Positions 36,352 to 48,814 of a stretch of 64,000 nt of DNA are shown one piece after another. Positions within the stretch are counted from its first letter, which is position 1; every line of letters begins with the position of its first letter. The notes under the pieces are model-generated. The model made no database searches and had not been told where the DNA came from. It saw only the letters and a program-made list of their open reading frames with translations. Location of the stretch: positions 62,001 to 126,000 of the forward strand of contig MCFH01000057.1 in NCBI GenBank assembly GCA_002104945.1. The letters run 5' to 3'. Source of the DNA: Piromyces finnis finn (taxonomy: Eukaryota > Fungi > Neocallimastigomycota). Made by a program: the position numbers and the translations under genes.

Positions 36352-36870
36352 TATTCAGTTATAACATATAATAAAATAAAATTATTCAATTAATTATACC
36401 CTTATTTAGACATAAGTAATAATTTTTCTGTCGAGGTATCTTCTGCTTTGTGTGTAACAGTTGCTTCTTTTAGTAAAAATTATAATTAAATTCTATGTCA
36501 TTTTAAATTATAAAATATTATATAATAAAGTTAATAAAATAAACCTTTATTATATAATATTTTATAATTTAAAATTATGACATAGAATTTAATTAATAAA
36601 ATAAACCTTAAATAATAATAAAATACTAATAACTATTTTAATAATAAAATATTATAAGTAATTAATCTAATGCTAATAATAAATATTATAATTAACTATA
36701 TACAAATAATATAGCTATATAATAAAAATATGAATAATTAATAGAAAAATGTATAAAAATTATAATATATAATTTTTATATTTTAAAAATAGAGTTAAAC
36801 AATAATAAGGAATATAAATAGTTGAAGGTTCAATTCTAGAACTCTAGCTAATTCAACTATTTATGTTCTA
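36352..36870 (+). repeat. Dispersed repeat block (copy at about 53522-53942), probably LTR-derived
   Basis: Near-identical direct copy; this copy carries an extra 95-bp foldback. Confidence 0.8.
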
Positions 36871-37324
36871 ATTTTATACAAAAACATAAAAGAGTTCTGT
36901 ACTTTATCTTTAAAATTATTATTATTGTTCTATTTCCAGGTTTTAAGTTTATCACTTTTAGTAATAATTACTCAATTATTTAATTATTAGTTTGTAAATA
37001 TATATAATTTTAAAGGAATTTTTAAAGAACACTTATATAAAACACAAATTTGATTACATCATTTATTTGAGTTTATTTATTCATTTTTATTTATTATTTT
37101 ATTATTTTAATACATTAATACATTGTTTGATTAAATCGTTTTTTAATAATTTACTTTATACTTGTTTCTTATTAATTAAGTCATTTATTCAAAATTTATT
37201 ATTATTTAATACAGAAAATATTATATATTTAAAAAGAGTTATATTTTTATAGAATTATTATTCATTTATTTTAAAGGGTTATTTTTATTTGTTCTCATTA
37301 AAAGTCACTATGGGTTAAGTCGTG

Positions 37325-37450
37325 TTTATTTAATTTATAAAATTAAATATTTTATAGTTAAACAATAATTAATTGAAATTAAAAATATAATAATTAAAAT
37401 TGTTCATGTATAAAAAGAACAAGAATTGACAGAAAATTATGAAGCTTTAG
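37325..37450 (+). repeat. Fragment related to LTR N
   Basis: Reverse complement of about 59797-59915. Confidence 0.65.
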
Positions 37451-37521
37451 TGTAATCCCTATTTTTGAGTGAGTAGCGTATCACTAACGTCGGGGGCGGG
37501 ATTTGTCCCAGCACGGCCGGC

Positions 37522-40304
37522 ATGGATGGTGTAAAGGGAATGTCACGGGTTCCAACTCCTGTACTTCTCGAAAGTACCGAGGTCGAATCTAATCAAAATT
37601 CTCAGGTTCAACAAGGGGATTCTATGCCCGATCCTGTTGATCCTTTTTTCTTTTTTACTAATAATAGTGAGGTAAACCCAATGGAGCACATTGAAAGTCT
37701 TCTTAATAGATGGTTTTCTGAAATATCTAGCCAATTTGCTAGTATGGGAAACCGTCTGAGTGCTATGGAAGAAAAGCTATGGTATTGAGGTTTATAAGAG
37801 AGAAATAAACAAGGCTCTTCAGCTAAAATTTGTTGAAGTTGACCAAAGGTTGGAAGCAAATGAATATGCTAGCCAAGTTAGCTTGGAGGAGCTTCATTTG
37901 GTGGAAAATGCCTTTACCGCAGAACATGAGGAAAGGTTACAAGACTATCAACAAGTACTAAACAACCAAGAAACGTTGCATCTCCAGTCTAGTGCCTTCG
38001 TTTCATATAAAAAAGAGCTTGAAGAGGAGATAGCCAGAATGAGAGAACAACGCCTCGCTCTAAAAGAAAGAGAAAAATTGTTCGAAGCCAGAGTTGAGGC
38101 TATGAACAGACGAGCTGAAGCCAGAACTCATGATAGGACATCCTTTCAGACTGGTGGTACGGGAAATCCTCATGGTCCTACTAGAACAACTAGTAGTAAC
38201 ACTACGGAATATTCCGAAGATGGGGGATGTTAAGGTGTTCGACTGGCGAGTACACAGATATGAAGAAAAAGTACCTATGCTTGATAATAATCAGGAGAAG
38301 TGCTTACTTTATTTCAAACGTTACCCATACTACTATGGTAATGATGAAAAGGCAAAAGTTAACTTCATTGAAAATCATCTAGGTGGAAAAGTTTTGAGAT
38401 GGTATCGACTAAGGGAGAGGACACAACAGCTTAGGAATCCTAATGCTGATGAATTATTCCTCCACCTTCATGATAAATTTCCACCAGAGTCTCCATATGA
38501 ACTCTGTAAGTCCAAGTTGCTTAAGCTAAACCACGAGTGGAGAAAAGCTTACTACTACTTAGAAGAGTTTAATAAGTTGACAGAAACACTTGAGCTTCCT
38601 GAAAATGTTAGTGTAAAGATATAAGATATATCTTTAGATTATTTAATAATTAATTATTAATTATTAAATAATAAATTAATATTTAGTAAAACTGATTATA
38701 AAATTTTTGAGTAAATTTTATGGAATAATTTAATAATAAATTATTTTATAATAATTCCGTTAAATTTAAATTAAGATAAATATTTAAGTTTAAGGAATAA
38801 AAGAATTTTAATTAAATTTAAATATTTCAAATATTTAAAATAATTAAAATATTTTTTAAATACTTTTTATTTAATTTTAGAATAGATTATACTTTTTTAT
38901 TTAAATTTAGAATAGTTTAATAATTTTAACTTAGTTTTAAAAATAGATTTATTTATATTTCAATAGGAAATATATTAAGAATAGTATTGATAATATTAAA
39001 TTAATTTATAGAAAATACATGGGCTTTATTCAATTTTGAGTTTACTCAAATTGAATTAAAAGTATAATGAATTAGTTTAGTTTAGTTCTGTTATTTTATT
39101 ATTTAATTAAATTAGTTTTGTTTATTTTATATTAAATATATGTTTATTTAAATAGAATAATATATTAGAATATAATTATGAAAAAATATAAATACATGTA
39201 ATTTTTATTTGTTAAATCGATGTAATTGTTATTTTCAATTTTTTAATTATTAACTATTATATAGCTAATAATATTTTTAAGAGTTTAAATAAAATGTTTT
39301 CTTAAAATAAAAATTTAATGTTTTATTTTTTTATTTTTGTGTTAATAAAAATTGTTTTGTTAAGTATGAAATCTGTTTTAAATTTTATACTTTTACAGTT
39401 AGGAGACAGGTGTTAATACAACAGGTCAGGCCTTCTGTCAGGGAAGCGTTTTATGATATCCCTGAACAGGAACTTACTCTAGAGGTATTAAGTGATGTAC
39501 TGTTGAAGTGGGATTATCAACAAGCAGTATTTCGTAATGATATCATATAAAAGTACGATAAACTAGATTGCTAGAACACAATAATGACCTTGTTGGATAT
39601 TACTGGCCTATATAGACCTTCTAAATGGACAGAAATGAAGCAAAAGAATAACAAGCCATCGAATAAGCCTAAGGATGAACAAACTGACCAACAGGCTTAT
39701 GTGAAAAGTAATGGTGGTGCTAACAAGGAAGTCGGGATTCAATGAACCAGACTTTAGAAAAAGTTCTAGTTTCCAACCAAAACAAGAATCTTTTAGCGCT
39801 GGAAATAATCTCCTTCCTAAAGCCATGGCTAGTCAGCCAGCGGTTAATAATAGCTACTATACACAAAATCAACTAGTAGCTGAGGGAAACGCAAGAAACA
39901 ACCAAAAGGGTTCAAAAAAGGTTGAAGTATTGTATGATACAAGATAATCAACCAACCTCATTCATCCAAATTTGGCAGAAGAACTTGGATAAAGAGTGGT
40001 TGATAAACATACAGTATTCCGGATAGTAAATGGTAATGCGGAGTTGCGACAGTATTCGAAAGACTTGCAGTTAACGTTATGGTTGACGCCCTCAGGAGAA
40101 AATGAAGCTAAATCATACTGTTTCAATAATATTTGTCACCTTTCAAATAAGATACTTGAAATGATAATAGTTGGGCTAAACTTCATGGATAAGAATCTTA
40201 TCTACCGAGGTTATGGTAAAGATACTCAGGTGAAGTATTTCGTAGTAAATAGTGGTAAAGAAAAGAGATACACTACCAGATCATCAGAATTAATTCAAGA
40301 ATAG
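37522..40304 (+). pseudogene. gag: Gag-protease of a second D-type GC-richer gypsy copy, truncated after protease
   Basis: High similarity to 25000-26837 (ISSQFASMGNRL, KVLRWYRLRER, VEVLYDT); frameshifts; solo A inserted. Confidence 0.9.
38612..39397 (+). mobile_element. Solo LTR, family A
   Basis: TGTAAAGATAT...TTTTACA; TSD GTTAG. Confidence 0.93.
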
Positions 40305-43300
40305 GTCGAAGTTATTTATAATTAAGGTTTTTTAATATAAGTTTTATTTATTGATTTTAATAGAGGTTTATTATTAACAATAATTTCTACTGAAGTACAA
40401 CTTTATTGAAATTATTGATTCATATATAATAATGTGATTTAGTATAAAAATATGTTAACATGTTTGTGGTCATATGTATTAATTTATTTAGATTGAACCA
40501 CAATTATAAAAATTTAACGCCACACTAATTTTACTAAATCATAAATTTATGTGACTCAGTAAATAATTAATAAAAAGTAAAATTATAGTAATTAAGGTTA
40601 AGAACACTAAATTATCATATTACATTTGATAACGCCCTTCTTCAAGATGGATTCCAGACGTAAGAAAAAAGGAACAAAAAAAGGAAGAAAAAAAAATTTT
40701 TTTTGTTTTTTAATAATATTTTTCTAGTCGTTCGATGTGCACAATTAGTGATTGTCTCGAATTTGGAGGAAATTCAAGTTTAAATGTAACCGGAGAAATT
40801 TTCTCTATAATGCGAAAAGGTCCTGTTCTACGAGCTGTAAATTTTCCAAGCTTCTTGGATGTGGGAATGTTATTAAGTCAAACAAGGTCGTTAACTTCTA
40901 ACTTCGGTCCTTGAGATTTATTTTGATCGGCGGTCAATTTATTTTCAATTTTAGACTTTTCAATACAATTTTTTATAGAGATAAAATAGTTTTTCCAATC
41001 GATAGCAGTAAACTCTGAATAGTTTTGAGGGTGAAAACTACTAATGATGAGATCAAAATTTAGATTATATCTGTAAATGACTTCAAATGGTGTTTTCATA
41101 GTTGAAGAGTTGAGTTATTTATAGCAAACACAACTAGTGGAAGGTAGTATGTCCATAAGGATGGTTCTTTGGAGGTAACACAGCGCAGTGATTGCATTAA
41201 TATACCATTAATTCTCTCTACTTGACCATTGCTTGCATGATGGTGGACAGTGGAATAATTATATTTGATACCGAGATAGCCCAACAGTTTTCTCCAAAAA
41301 GAAGAGGTAAACTGAGATCCTCTATCGGATATTACTACAGAAGGTAATCCATGAATATGAAAATATTTGAAAGGAAAATATTCGCTGTATCTTCGGCATT
41401 TAGTAGTCCCGAATAGGGAATTAGATGTACCATTTTACTAAAGATGTCAACGATTGAAATTACGGTTGTAAAGTCTGAGGAATTCGGAAGGTCAGTTATA
41501 AAGTCTACACTTATTATATCCCAGGGTTTATCTGGCGTAGTGGATAGTTGTACAAGTCCATATGGCGAGTGAGTAGCGTTTTTCATGGTAACACATATGG
41601 TACATTTCTTTATCCATTTGAAAATGTCCTCCCTCATTCGTGGCCAAAAAAATATCTTCCTATGCATTCCTTAGTTTTTTCAAAGCCAAAATGTCCTGTT
41701 ACCGGGTTGTTGTGGTATTTCTCTAAAATTCCATTTCTCAGTTTTGGGAATAAATAATCTATCATTATAATAAATAAGGTTATTAGTAAGGGAATAATTG
41801 CTATGATTAAGATTATTACCATTTTTAATTTTATCAATAATATTTTTTGATTCTTCATCCTCTAAATAAAGTTTTGAGTTAACAAGATTTCTGAATTGTC
41901 AATAAAAGTAGTAATGGAATTAATTTTATGATCTGGTCTTCTAGATAAAATATCGGCCTTTGTATTTTTGATTTTTGTGTCCTTGTTTATACCTGATTTC
42001 AAAATTGAATTTAGACAGGAATTTTTGCCAGAGGATTTGTCTTTCAGACAATTTTTGAGGTTTCCTGGGGAATCGTAAATTGTTGTGGTCTGTAAAGATA
42101 ACGAATGGAATGTCGGCACCCATGAAATAATTTCGCCATTCTTTTAAGGCGGAAACAATTGACAAGAGTTCGCGGTCATATACGGTATATCTTGATTGAG
42201 TATTACTAAGGGCTTTCGACATAAAAGTGCATGGATGCAGAATGTTGTTTTCGTCACATTGAGATAAAACTGGAACGACTAAATGTTGTGTAAGAAACAT
42301 AGATAAATTCTATATAATTTATCTATTTTCTTATTAATTAATGTTTATTATAATATTTAAATATTTATTATTATTTATTGTTTAATACATTAATTTAATA
42401 CATTATTTAATACACTATTTAATACATAATTTGATACATTAATTAAATACATTGATTAAATACATTGTTTTATTACATTAATTTAGTTGTATCATTTTAA
42501 CCAATCCATGTATAATGTATTAAGTTATTATAAAAGAATAATCTTGATTCTCTTTTGAGAAATCAAGAGTTATTATTATATAAATTTATTAATAAATAAA
42601 GTATTAATTATTTTAAAAGTAATGTTTATCTAACGTGTGTTTTTATATTTAAGTGTTAATATTTAATATTTTTTTTGTTTATTAGTATTTTTATATAATA
42701 AACTCGAAATTAATGTTTTTATTTTCTTTCTCAAATTAGTAATAGTTAATTATTTAATTATTATTAATTTGTAGAAGAAGTTATTTATAATTTATTTATA
42801 AGTAACTTCTTACATGTTGTTTAAAGTTAGGAGAATAAACTAAAATATCATCCATATAAACAAATAGGCAAGTAACAATAAGAGACATAAGAATACGATT
42901 CATTTCACGTTGAAAGGAAGAAGGCGGATTAGATAAACCAAATGACATGACCTTGAAATTAAGGTTACTAAACTTATGAATGCAGTATCTTCGATATCTT
43001 TACTATTCATTGAAATTTGATGGAAACCAGAAAATAGATCAATAGCAGAGAAATATTTAATACCATGAATGGATTCTAGTAGTTCGTCAATAAATTCAAT
43101 AAATGGTAAAGCGTATGCGTCTTTAATAGTAATTTGATTCAAATTTCTATAATAAGCACACATACGCCACTTATCATTTTTCTTTTTCACCATTACAACA
43201 GGGAATAACCATGGCGAATGAGAAGGTTCAATGAGACTATGTTTTAATAATTTTGAAATCTCCTCTTTTAGTGCTTGAGATTGAGCAAGGGATATCTTAT

Positions 43301-44355
43301 AAGGTCTCAGTTTAATAGGCTTGGTGAATGTTAATTCAATAGAATGAGGTTCAGCATTAGTAACCGAAACATCATCAATAAAGTCGATTAAAACATCCTT
43401 ATAATTTTTTATCAGAGAATGAGTTGAATTTGTTCATCCTTTGAAATAATATTATTAAGGAATTAATATTATCGGCATCATAAATTTCCATTAAGGAATT
43501 AATATTATTCATAATAGTAGTATGTTATAATTTATTTCCTTGTGACATGGAACCTGATAGTTAAGCTACTATAATAAAGGATCCATCTGTTTTTATATAT
43601 AAAGCTTCGCCATCAGGATCTATATATAATCTATGATCCTTTTGTGATTGACGCCCAAGTATGATATCATAGCAGGAGTCTTCGTCTTCTAGGATCCAGA
43701 TGGTAGTACTTATTTTAAGTTTATCAAAACGGAGGACGAGACTTACTGCATGATTAGTGAAAATGAACTGTTGATTATATAACTTAAAGAAGGTTCCTTT
43801 AAAGTATTTGATATTATTTTCTTTGATATAATATCAAAGAAAGGCTTAGTAATCACGTTGACATCAGAGCTTATATCAACTAGTACTTTTACAATATTGT
43901 CAACAGAACCTATAACAGAATTTATTAATTACGTTAATCACATTATTAACATCATTATTATCATCATTGCTATCGTTGTTATTGTCATCATCATCGTCAA
44001 TATCATATTTGTTGATAATATTAATAAACGAATTAATATCATCATTTGGATCAAGTTTTAAGCCTTTTGCGCAAAGACTTCTAATGATGAGGCTGACAGC
44101 AAAGAGTTATGCAAAGGAAATCCCAGCGTTAGTATTATTAAGAGCATTATATAAATTATACTCTTTATTTTTGCCAAGCATAATAATAGAACGTAGAAAG
44201 TCGTAATAATTTCCTTTAGGTGACTTCTTATTCCCAATTACTTCTTCTTCTATATCATCTTGTTTGCTAGAGATATCTGGACCAGTTCTCCTTTTATTCT
44301 TGGTTTCTTTATTTCTCTTCTTAGCAGATGAAATATTCTTGCCTTCAATAACCAA
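40305..44355 (-). mobile_element. Degraded gypsy (linker, PR, RT, RNase H, IN, purine tract, partial 3' LTR), internally deleted, possibly chimeric
   Basis: LVDISSD, YMDD, YDRELLSIV, SNGQVERING; purine tract GAAGAAGGG near 40635. Confidence 0.8.
42289..42814. mobile_element. Solo LTR, family K (inverted relative to 1819)
   Basis: TGTAAGAA...TTCTTACA; TSD TGTTG. Confidence 0.92.
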
Positions 44356-44357
44356 AG

Positions 44358-44465
44358 TGTAAAATATTATGTTAACTGAATAATGTATTGAATTAATGTA
44401 TCGTAATTTTTTTCAAAATTTATTTATATTACAATTAACATAAATTTATGTAAAATTTAATTTTA
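44358..44465. repeat. Terminal fragment of a J-family LTR
   Basis: TGTAAAATATT start and ACATAAATTTATGTAAAATT block. Confidence 0.65.
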
Positions 44466-45046
44466 TGTAAAGTCGACACAGAAAGAATAGATTAGGATAT
44501 CTATTTTATTATAATAACACCAATAAAAAAATAAAATAAAAATTGTTTTATTAAAAAATATCTTTTATTATAATAGAAATTTATTAATAACAATTACATC
44601 GATCAAAATGATGAAAAATATCTTCTATTTATATTTTTCCTAAATACATTTATATTATATTATAACTATTTATTTCTTATATATTATTATTTAAAATCTA
44701 CACTAAAATCTTAATTATTAATAAATATTTAAACTATAACTATTTTTAGTAAAATACAATTAGCAATTCAAATTAAGTACTATTCAATTTGAATATGTGC
44801 CCATGTATTATTTATATATTAATCATATACTATTTATCTATTTCTATTAAAAAACTACGGTTTAGCTTGATAAATTTAATTTATTTGTTAAATACTAAAA
44901 ATAAATTAATAATTTATTTTGTTTTAAACTTTAATTATTAATAAATAAATTATGTCTCACTTAATATAATTTATGTAACTTAAATGATAATATTTATGGC
45001 TTAAGTTACATTAAAGATATCAAGCTGTGGCGTTTGATATCTTTAC
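44466..45046 (-). mobile_element. Family B LTR with non-matching flanks
   Basis: Full TG...CA copy, flanks TTTTA / GAATC. Confidence 0.85.
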
Positions 45047-45518
45047 AGAATCATTGTCGCTGGTACATGGTGTTTTGCGAGATCTGCAGTTATTAAGATT
45101 ATATTGTTCTAAAATATTTTCAATTATATGTTTTTGTGAAATGGAATAAGAAGAATTGCTGTTTTCAATTTTGATACCTAATAAATAATGATTAGGTTGA
45201 CAGTTAGAAATTTTTAATTTAGATTTAATTTATGTAATTATACTTATAAGTTCAAGATTTATTCCACAAATAATCATATCATTAATGTAAAGTCCAATAA
45301 TGCAAGAAATTTGGTTATCAAAGGTTTTAAAGAAAATACAGTAGTCTGAAGTACACTGTGAAAAACCATGAGCGATAAGAAAAGTGGAAATATATTCATT
45401 TCATTGTCGTCTACTTCGTTTGAGTTCATAAAGAGCTTTATTCAGTTTCAAAAAGCCTTTACCATAGTTTTTATCACCTTCAGGAATAGTAGATTTGCAT
45501 GAAGATAGACAGATTTAA
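45047..45518 (-). pseudogene. Ty1/copia reverse transcriptase fragment (not in the ORF track)
   Basis: Manual translation: FLKLNKALYELKRSRRQ*N...SDYCIF...GLYINDMII...YLLGIKIE (decayed RVT_2 motifs). Confidence 0.85.
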
Positions 45519-45800
45519 TGTAAAATATGCTAACTAAAGTTCAGGTTTGTATACACTTTATTAACTAAACTCAAACTATAACTAAAGAATTTTTAAACTT
45601 AAAATAAAGTTTTGATTTATTTACTATATGGTTGATTATATTTCAAACATATATTTAATTTATATATTTCTAATTTTGAGGCTTAGTTTATAAAAAAATT
45701 TTTATTATCTAAAATATTTATTGGTTAAAAAATATTTAATTTAAAAATTTTATTTTATCATATAAAACTTAATCTTATCGTAAAATTAAACATAAATTTA
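45519..45800. repeat. Internally deleted J-family LTR fragment, inverted
   Basis: TGTAAAATAT start; reverse complement of blocks in 1103-1800. Confidence 0.7.
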
Positions 45801-46220
45801 AGATTATTTATTCATAATACTTAAAGTATTGCTTGTTAATATCAATATTAATAAAAATATATAATATATAATAATCTTTTCAAAGAATTAAATTTATAAA
45901 TGTAAAGATATCAAAGCCTCTGTTTGATATCTTTAATGTAACTTAAGCCACAAGTATTATTGTTTAAGTTACACAAATTATATTCAGAAAAAGAAAATGA
46001 GACATAATTTATTTATTAATAATTAAAGTTTAAAACAAAATAAATTATTAATTTATTTTTAATGTTTAACAAGTAAATTAATATTCTCAATTTAAATCCC
46101 TAGTTTTAGTATTGTTTTTTTATAGAAATAGATAAATAATAAATGATTAATATATCAGTAATACATGGGCAAATATTCAAATTGAATAGTACTTAATTTG
46201 AATTGCCAATTGTATTTTAC

Positions 46221-46823
46221 TGTAATGCTGACACAGAAAGAATAGATTAGGATATCTATTCTATTACAATAACACAAAATTTAAAATAAAATAAAAATTG
46301 TTTTATTAAAAATATCTTTTATTATAATAGAAATTTTATTAATAACAATTACATCGATAAAATGATGAAAAATATCTTCTATTTATATTTTTCCTAAATA
46401 CATTTATATTATATTATAACTATTTATTTCTTATATATTATTATTTAAAATCTACACTAAAATCTTAATTATTAATAAATATTTAAACTATAACTATTTT
46501 TAGTAAAATACAATTGGCAATTCAAATTAAGTACCATTTAATTTGAATATTTGCCCATGTATTACTGATATATTAATCATTTATTATTTATCTATTTCTA
46601 TAAAAAAACAATACTAAAACTAGGGATTTAAATTGAGAATATTAATTTACTTGTTAAACATTAAAAATAAATTAATAATTTATTTTGTTTTAAACTTTAA
46701 TTATTAATAAATAAATTATGTCTCATTTTCTTTTTCTGAATATAATTTGTGTAACTTAAACAATAATACTTGTGGCTTAAGTTACATTAAAGATATCAAA
46801 CAGAGGCGTTTGATATCTTTACA
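46221..46823 (-). mobile_element. Solo LTR B nested in the 5' LTR of its own family, opposite orientation
   Basis: TSD TTTAC. Confidence 0.93.
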
Positions 46824-47139
46824 TTTACTAAAAATAGTTATAGTTTAAATATTTATTAATAATTAAGATTTTAGTGTAGATTTTAAATAATAATATATAA
46901 GAAATAAATAGTTATAATATAATATAAATGTATTTAAGAAAAATATAAATAGAAGATATTTTTCATCACTTTATCGATGTAATTGTTATTAATAAAATTC
47001 TATTATAATAAAGATATTTTTAAAAACAATTTTTATTTTTATTTTTTTATTGGTGTTATTATAATAAAATAGATATCCTAATCTATTCTGTGTCAGCATT
47101 ACAATAACAATTACCTAACGAAAACCAAGAATACGTTAG

Positions 47140-47275
47140 GGTATCTACCGCCGAGTAAAAGAAGAAAAAGAAGGAATAACTACTGGGTTGAAATTGAATC
47201 TACTGCCGAGTAAAAGAAGAAAAAAAAGAAGGAATAACTACTGGGTTGAAATTGAATCTACCGCCGCCGAGTGGG
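47140..47275 (+). repeat. About 58-bp tandem repeat (2+ copies) in the 5' leader
   Basis: TCTACCGCCGAGTAAAAGAAGAAAAAGAAGGAATAACTACTGGGTTGAAATTGAA unit. Confidence 0.85.
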
Positions 47276-47466
47276 AAGAAAGGACCAAGAATAACCATTA
47301 AGGATTGATTAGTAGTACAAAACTTGTTCGACACTGCTTTTGCAGAACGCGTCTGAATAACTTTTGTATTGTTTGATATACTAAAATTATCTTTTGTAAA
47401 TAATTAAAAAAAAAAAATTACTTACTTGAAATAGTAGTAAGAAAACATTTTATTTATTTTAATAAG

Positions 47467-48814
47467 TTGGAGGGTTTAATTAGTGAATTTGAAAATTTGA
47501 ATTTAGAAATGGGTGATAGGACTGTGGGTGTTTCCGGGAACTCGGGGAACATTATTAATGCTCCACCGATATTCTTTGGTAAACAACGTGAATTGGATGG
47601 ATTTTTAACTAGAGTGGAGTTGGTATTTCGTACTCGACCGACACTGTATAATACAGATCGAGTCAAGGTCGACTTTGTTATATCATACTTCTCTGGTAAA
47701 CCTTTGGAATGGGCTTCAGTGTTGATGAAGAATAATAGTGGGGTTTTAAACCATTATGATGAATTTGTAGATAGGTTGAAGGCTAATTTTGGCAGTTATA
47801 GATACGATACCGTTGTAGCTAACGGAAAATTAGATAATCTTCGCCAAAGGAAACTTGGTCAGGTATTAGATTACATTAACGAGTTTCAACGTATTAGCCA
47901 AAATTCAAGCTTTAATGATAGCGCAAAAATCTACATGTTTCTGAAAGGTTTATTACCACCACTTAGGGAGAAGTTGGCTTTCATTGAATCAAACCCAACT
48001 TCAATTGAACAATTGATTTCTTCAACTATTTTAGTTGAAGATATGATGTAAAGGAATTCTCTAAGTGAATTTTATTTTAATGGTAGAAGGGCTAACGATC
48101 CTATGGATGTGGATGTATTTAGAATTAGTAGAGAAAATAAACGCAAAAGGTATGTGAATATCCAAGGATCAAGTAAAAATTACAATGAAAACATAGACAA
48201 CTTTGAAGAAGAAAAGAAAAAGGGGTTATGTTTTCTTTGTAAACAGCCAGGACATTTAAAATTTAATTGTCCTAATAGAGTAAAGCCCAGAAAAGTGTTA
48301 AGAATTGTGAAAGAAAGGACTCCAAAAATTGTTAATCCAAAAATTTACAAAGTTGGAGTCAAGGGAGTGAAAAGTGATTTAAACCTTGTGGACTTTTACT
48401 TGAGTACCAATGAAGTCTCGGAAGTTAAAATTAAGGTTTTAATTGATTCGGGTTCTGAATTAAATTTCATTAATCCAAGTCTTGCTGAAGAACTTGGTAT
48501 TAATTTGGAAAAAGTAGAACCATTCCGTGTATCTGGTATTAGTGATGGAGTTGTTAGTGTTTGGGAAAGGACTGAGAAGTGCATGCTCCGTTGCAAAAAT
48601 CACTTCGAAGTAATTCAACTTTATGGATTACAAGTCCCCGGTGTTGATGTTATTCTTGGTTTGCCGTGGATAAAGAAATGCTTTCTACGACTCTAAGAAA
48701 ATCGCTTTTAGTTCTAGTTATTGTGCCAGACATTGTAATTAAGGCAAAAGAAAGAGAAAACCAAGAAAGAAGTCAAAGAATTATCAGTTAGATCATGATG
48801 TTCTCGACCGAAGC
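47467..48814 (+). pseudogene. gag: Gag and protease with stops and one frameshift
   Basis: PPIFFGKQRELDGFL, PMDVD, CFLCKQPGHLKFNC, LIDSGS; in-frame TAA at 48049. Confidence 0.9.

Noticed and set aside
47140-47275. CRISPR-like array (also the 45-bp pol repeats and K duplications)
   Set aside because: Tandem units without unique spacers, eukaryotic context, no cas genes.
48049-48060. Stop-codon readthrough between gag parts
   Set aside because: TAA AGG is not a known readthrough context, it lies before the zinc knuckle, and other lesions occur nearby; most likely a point mutation.
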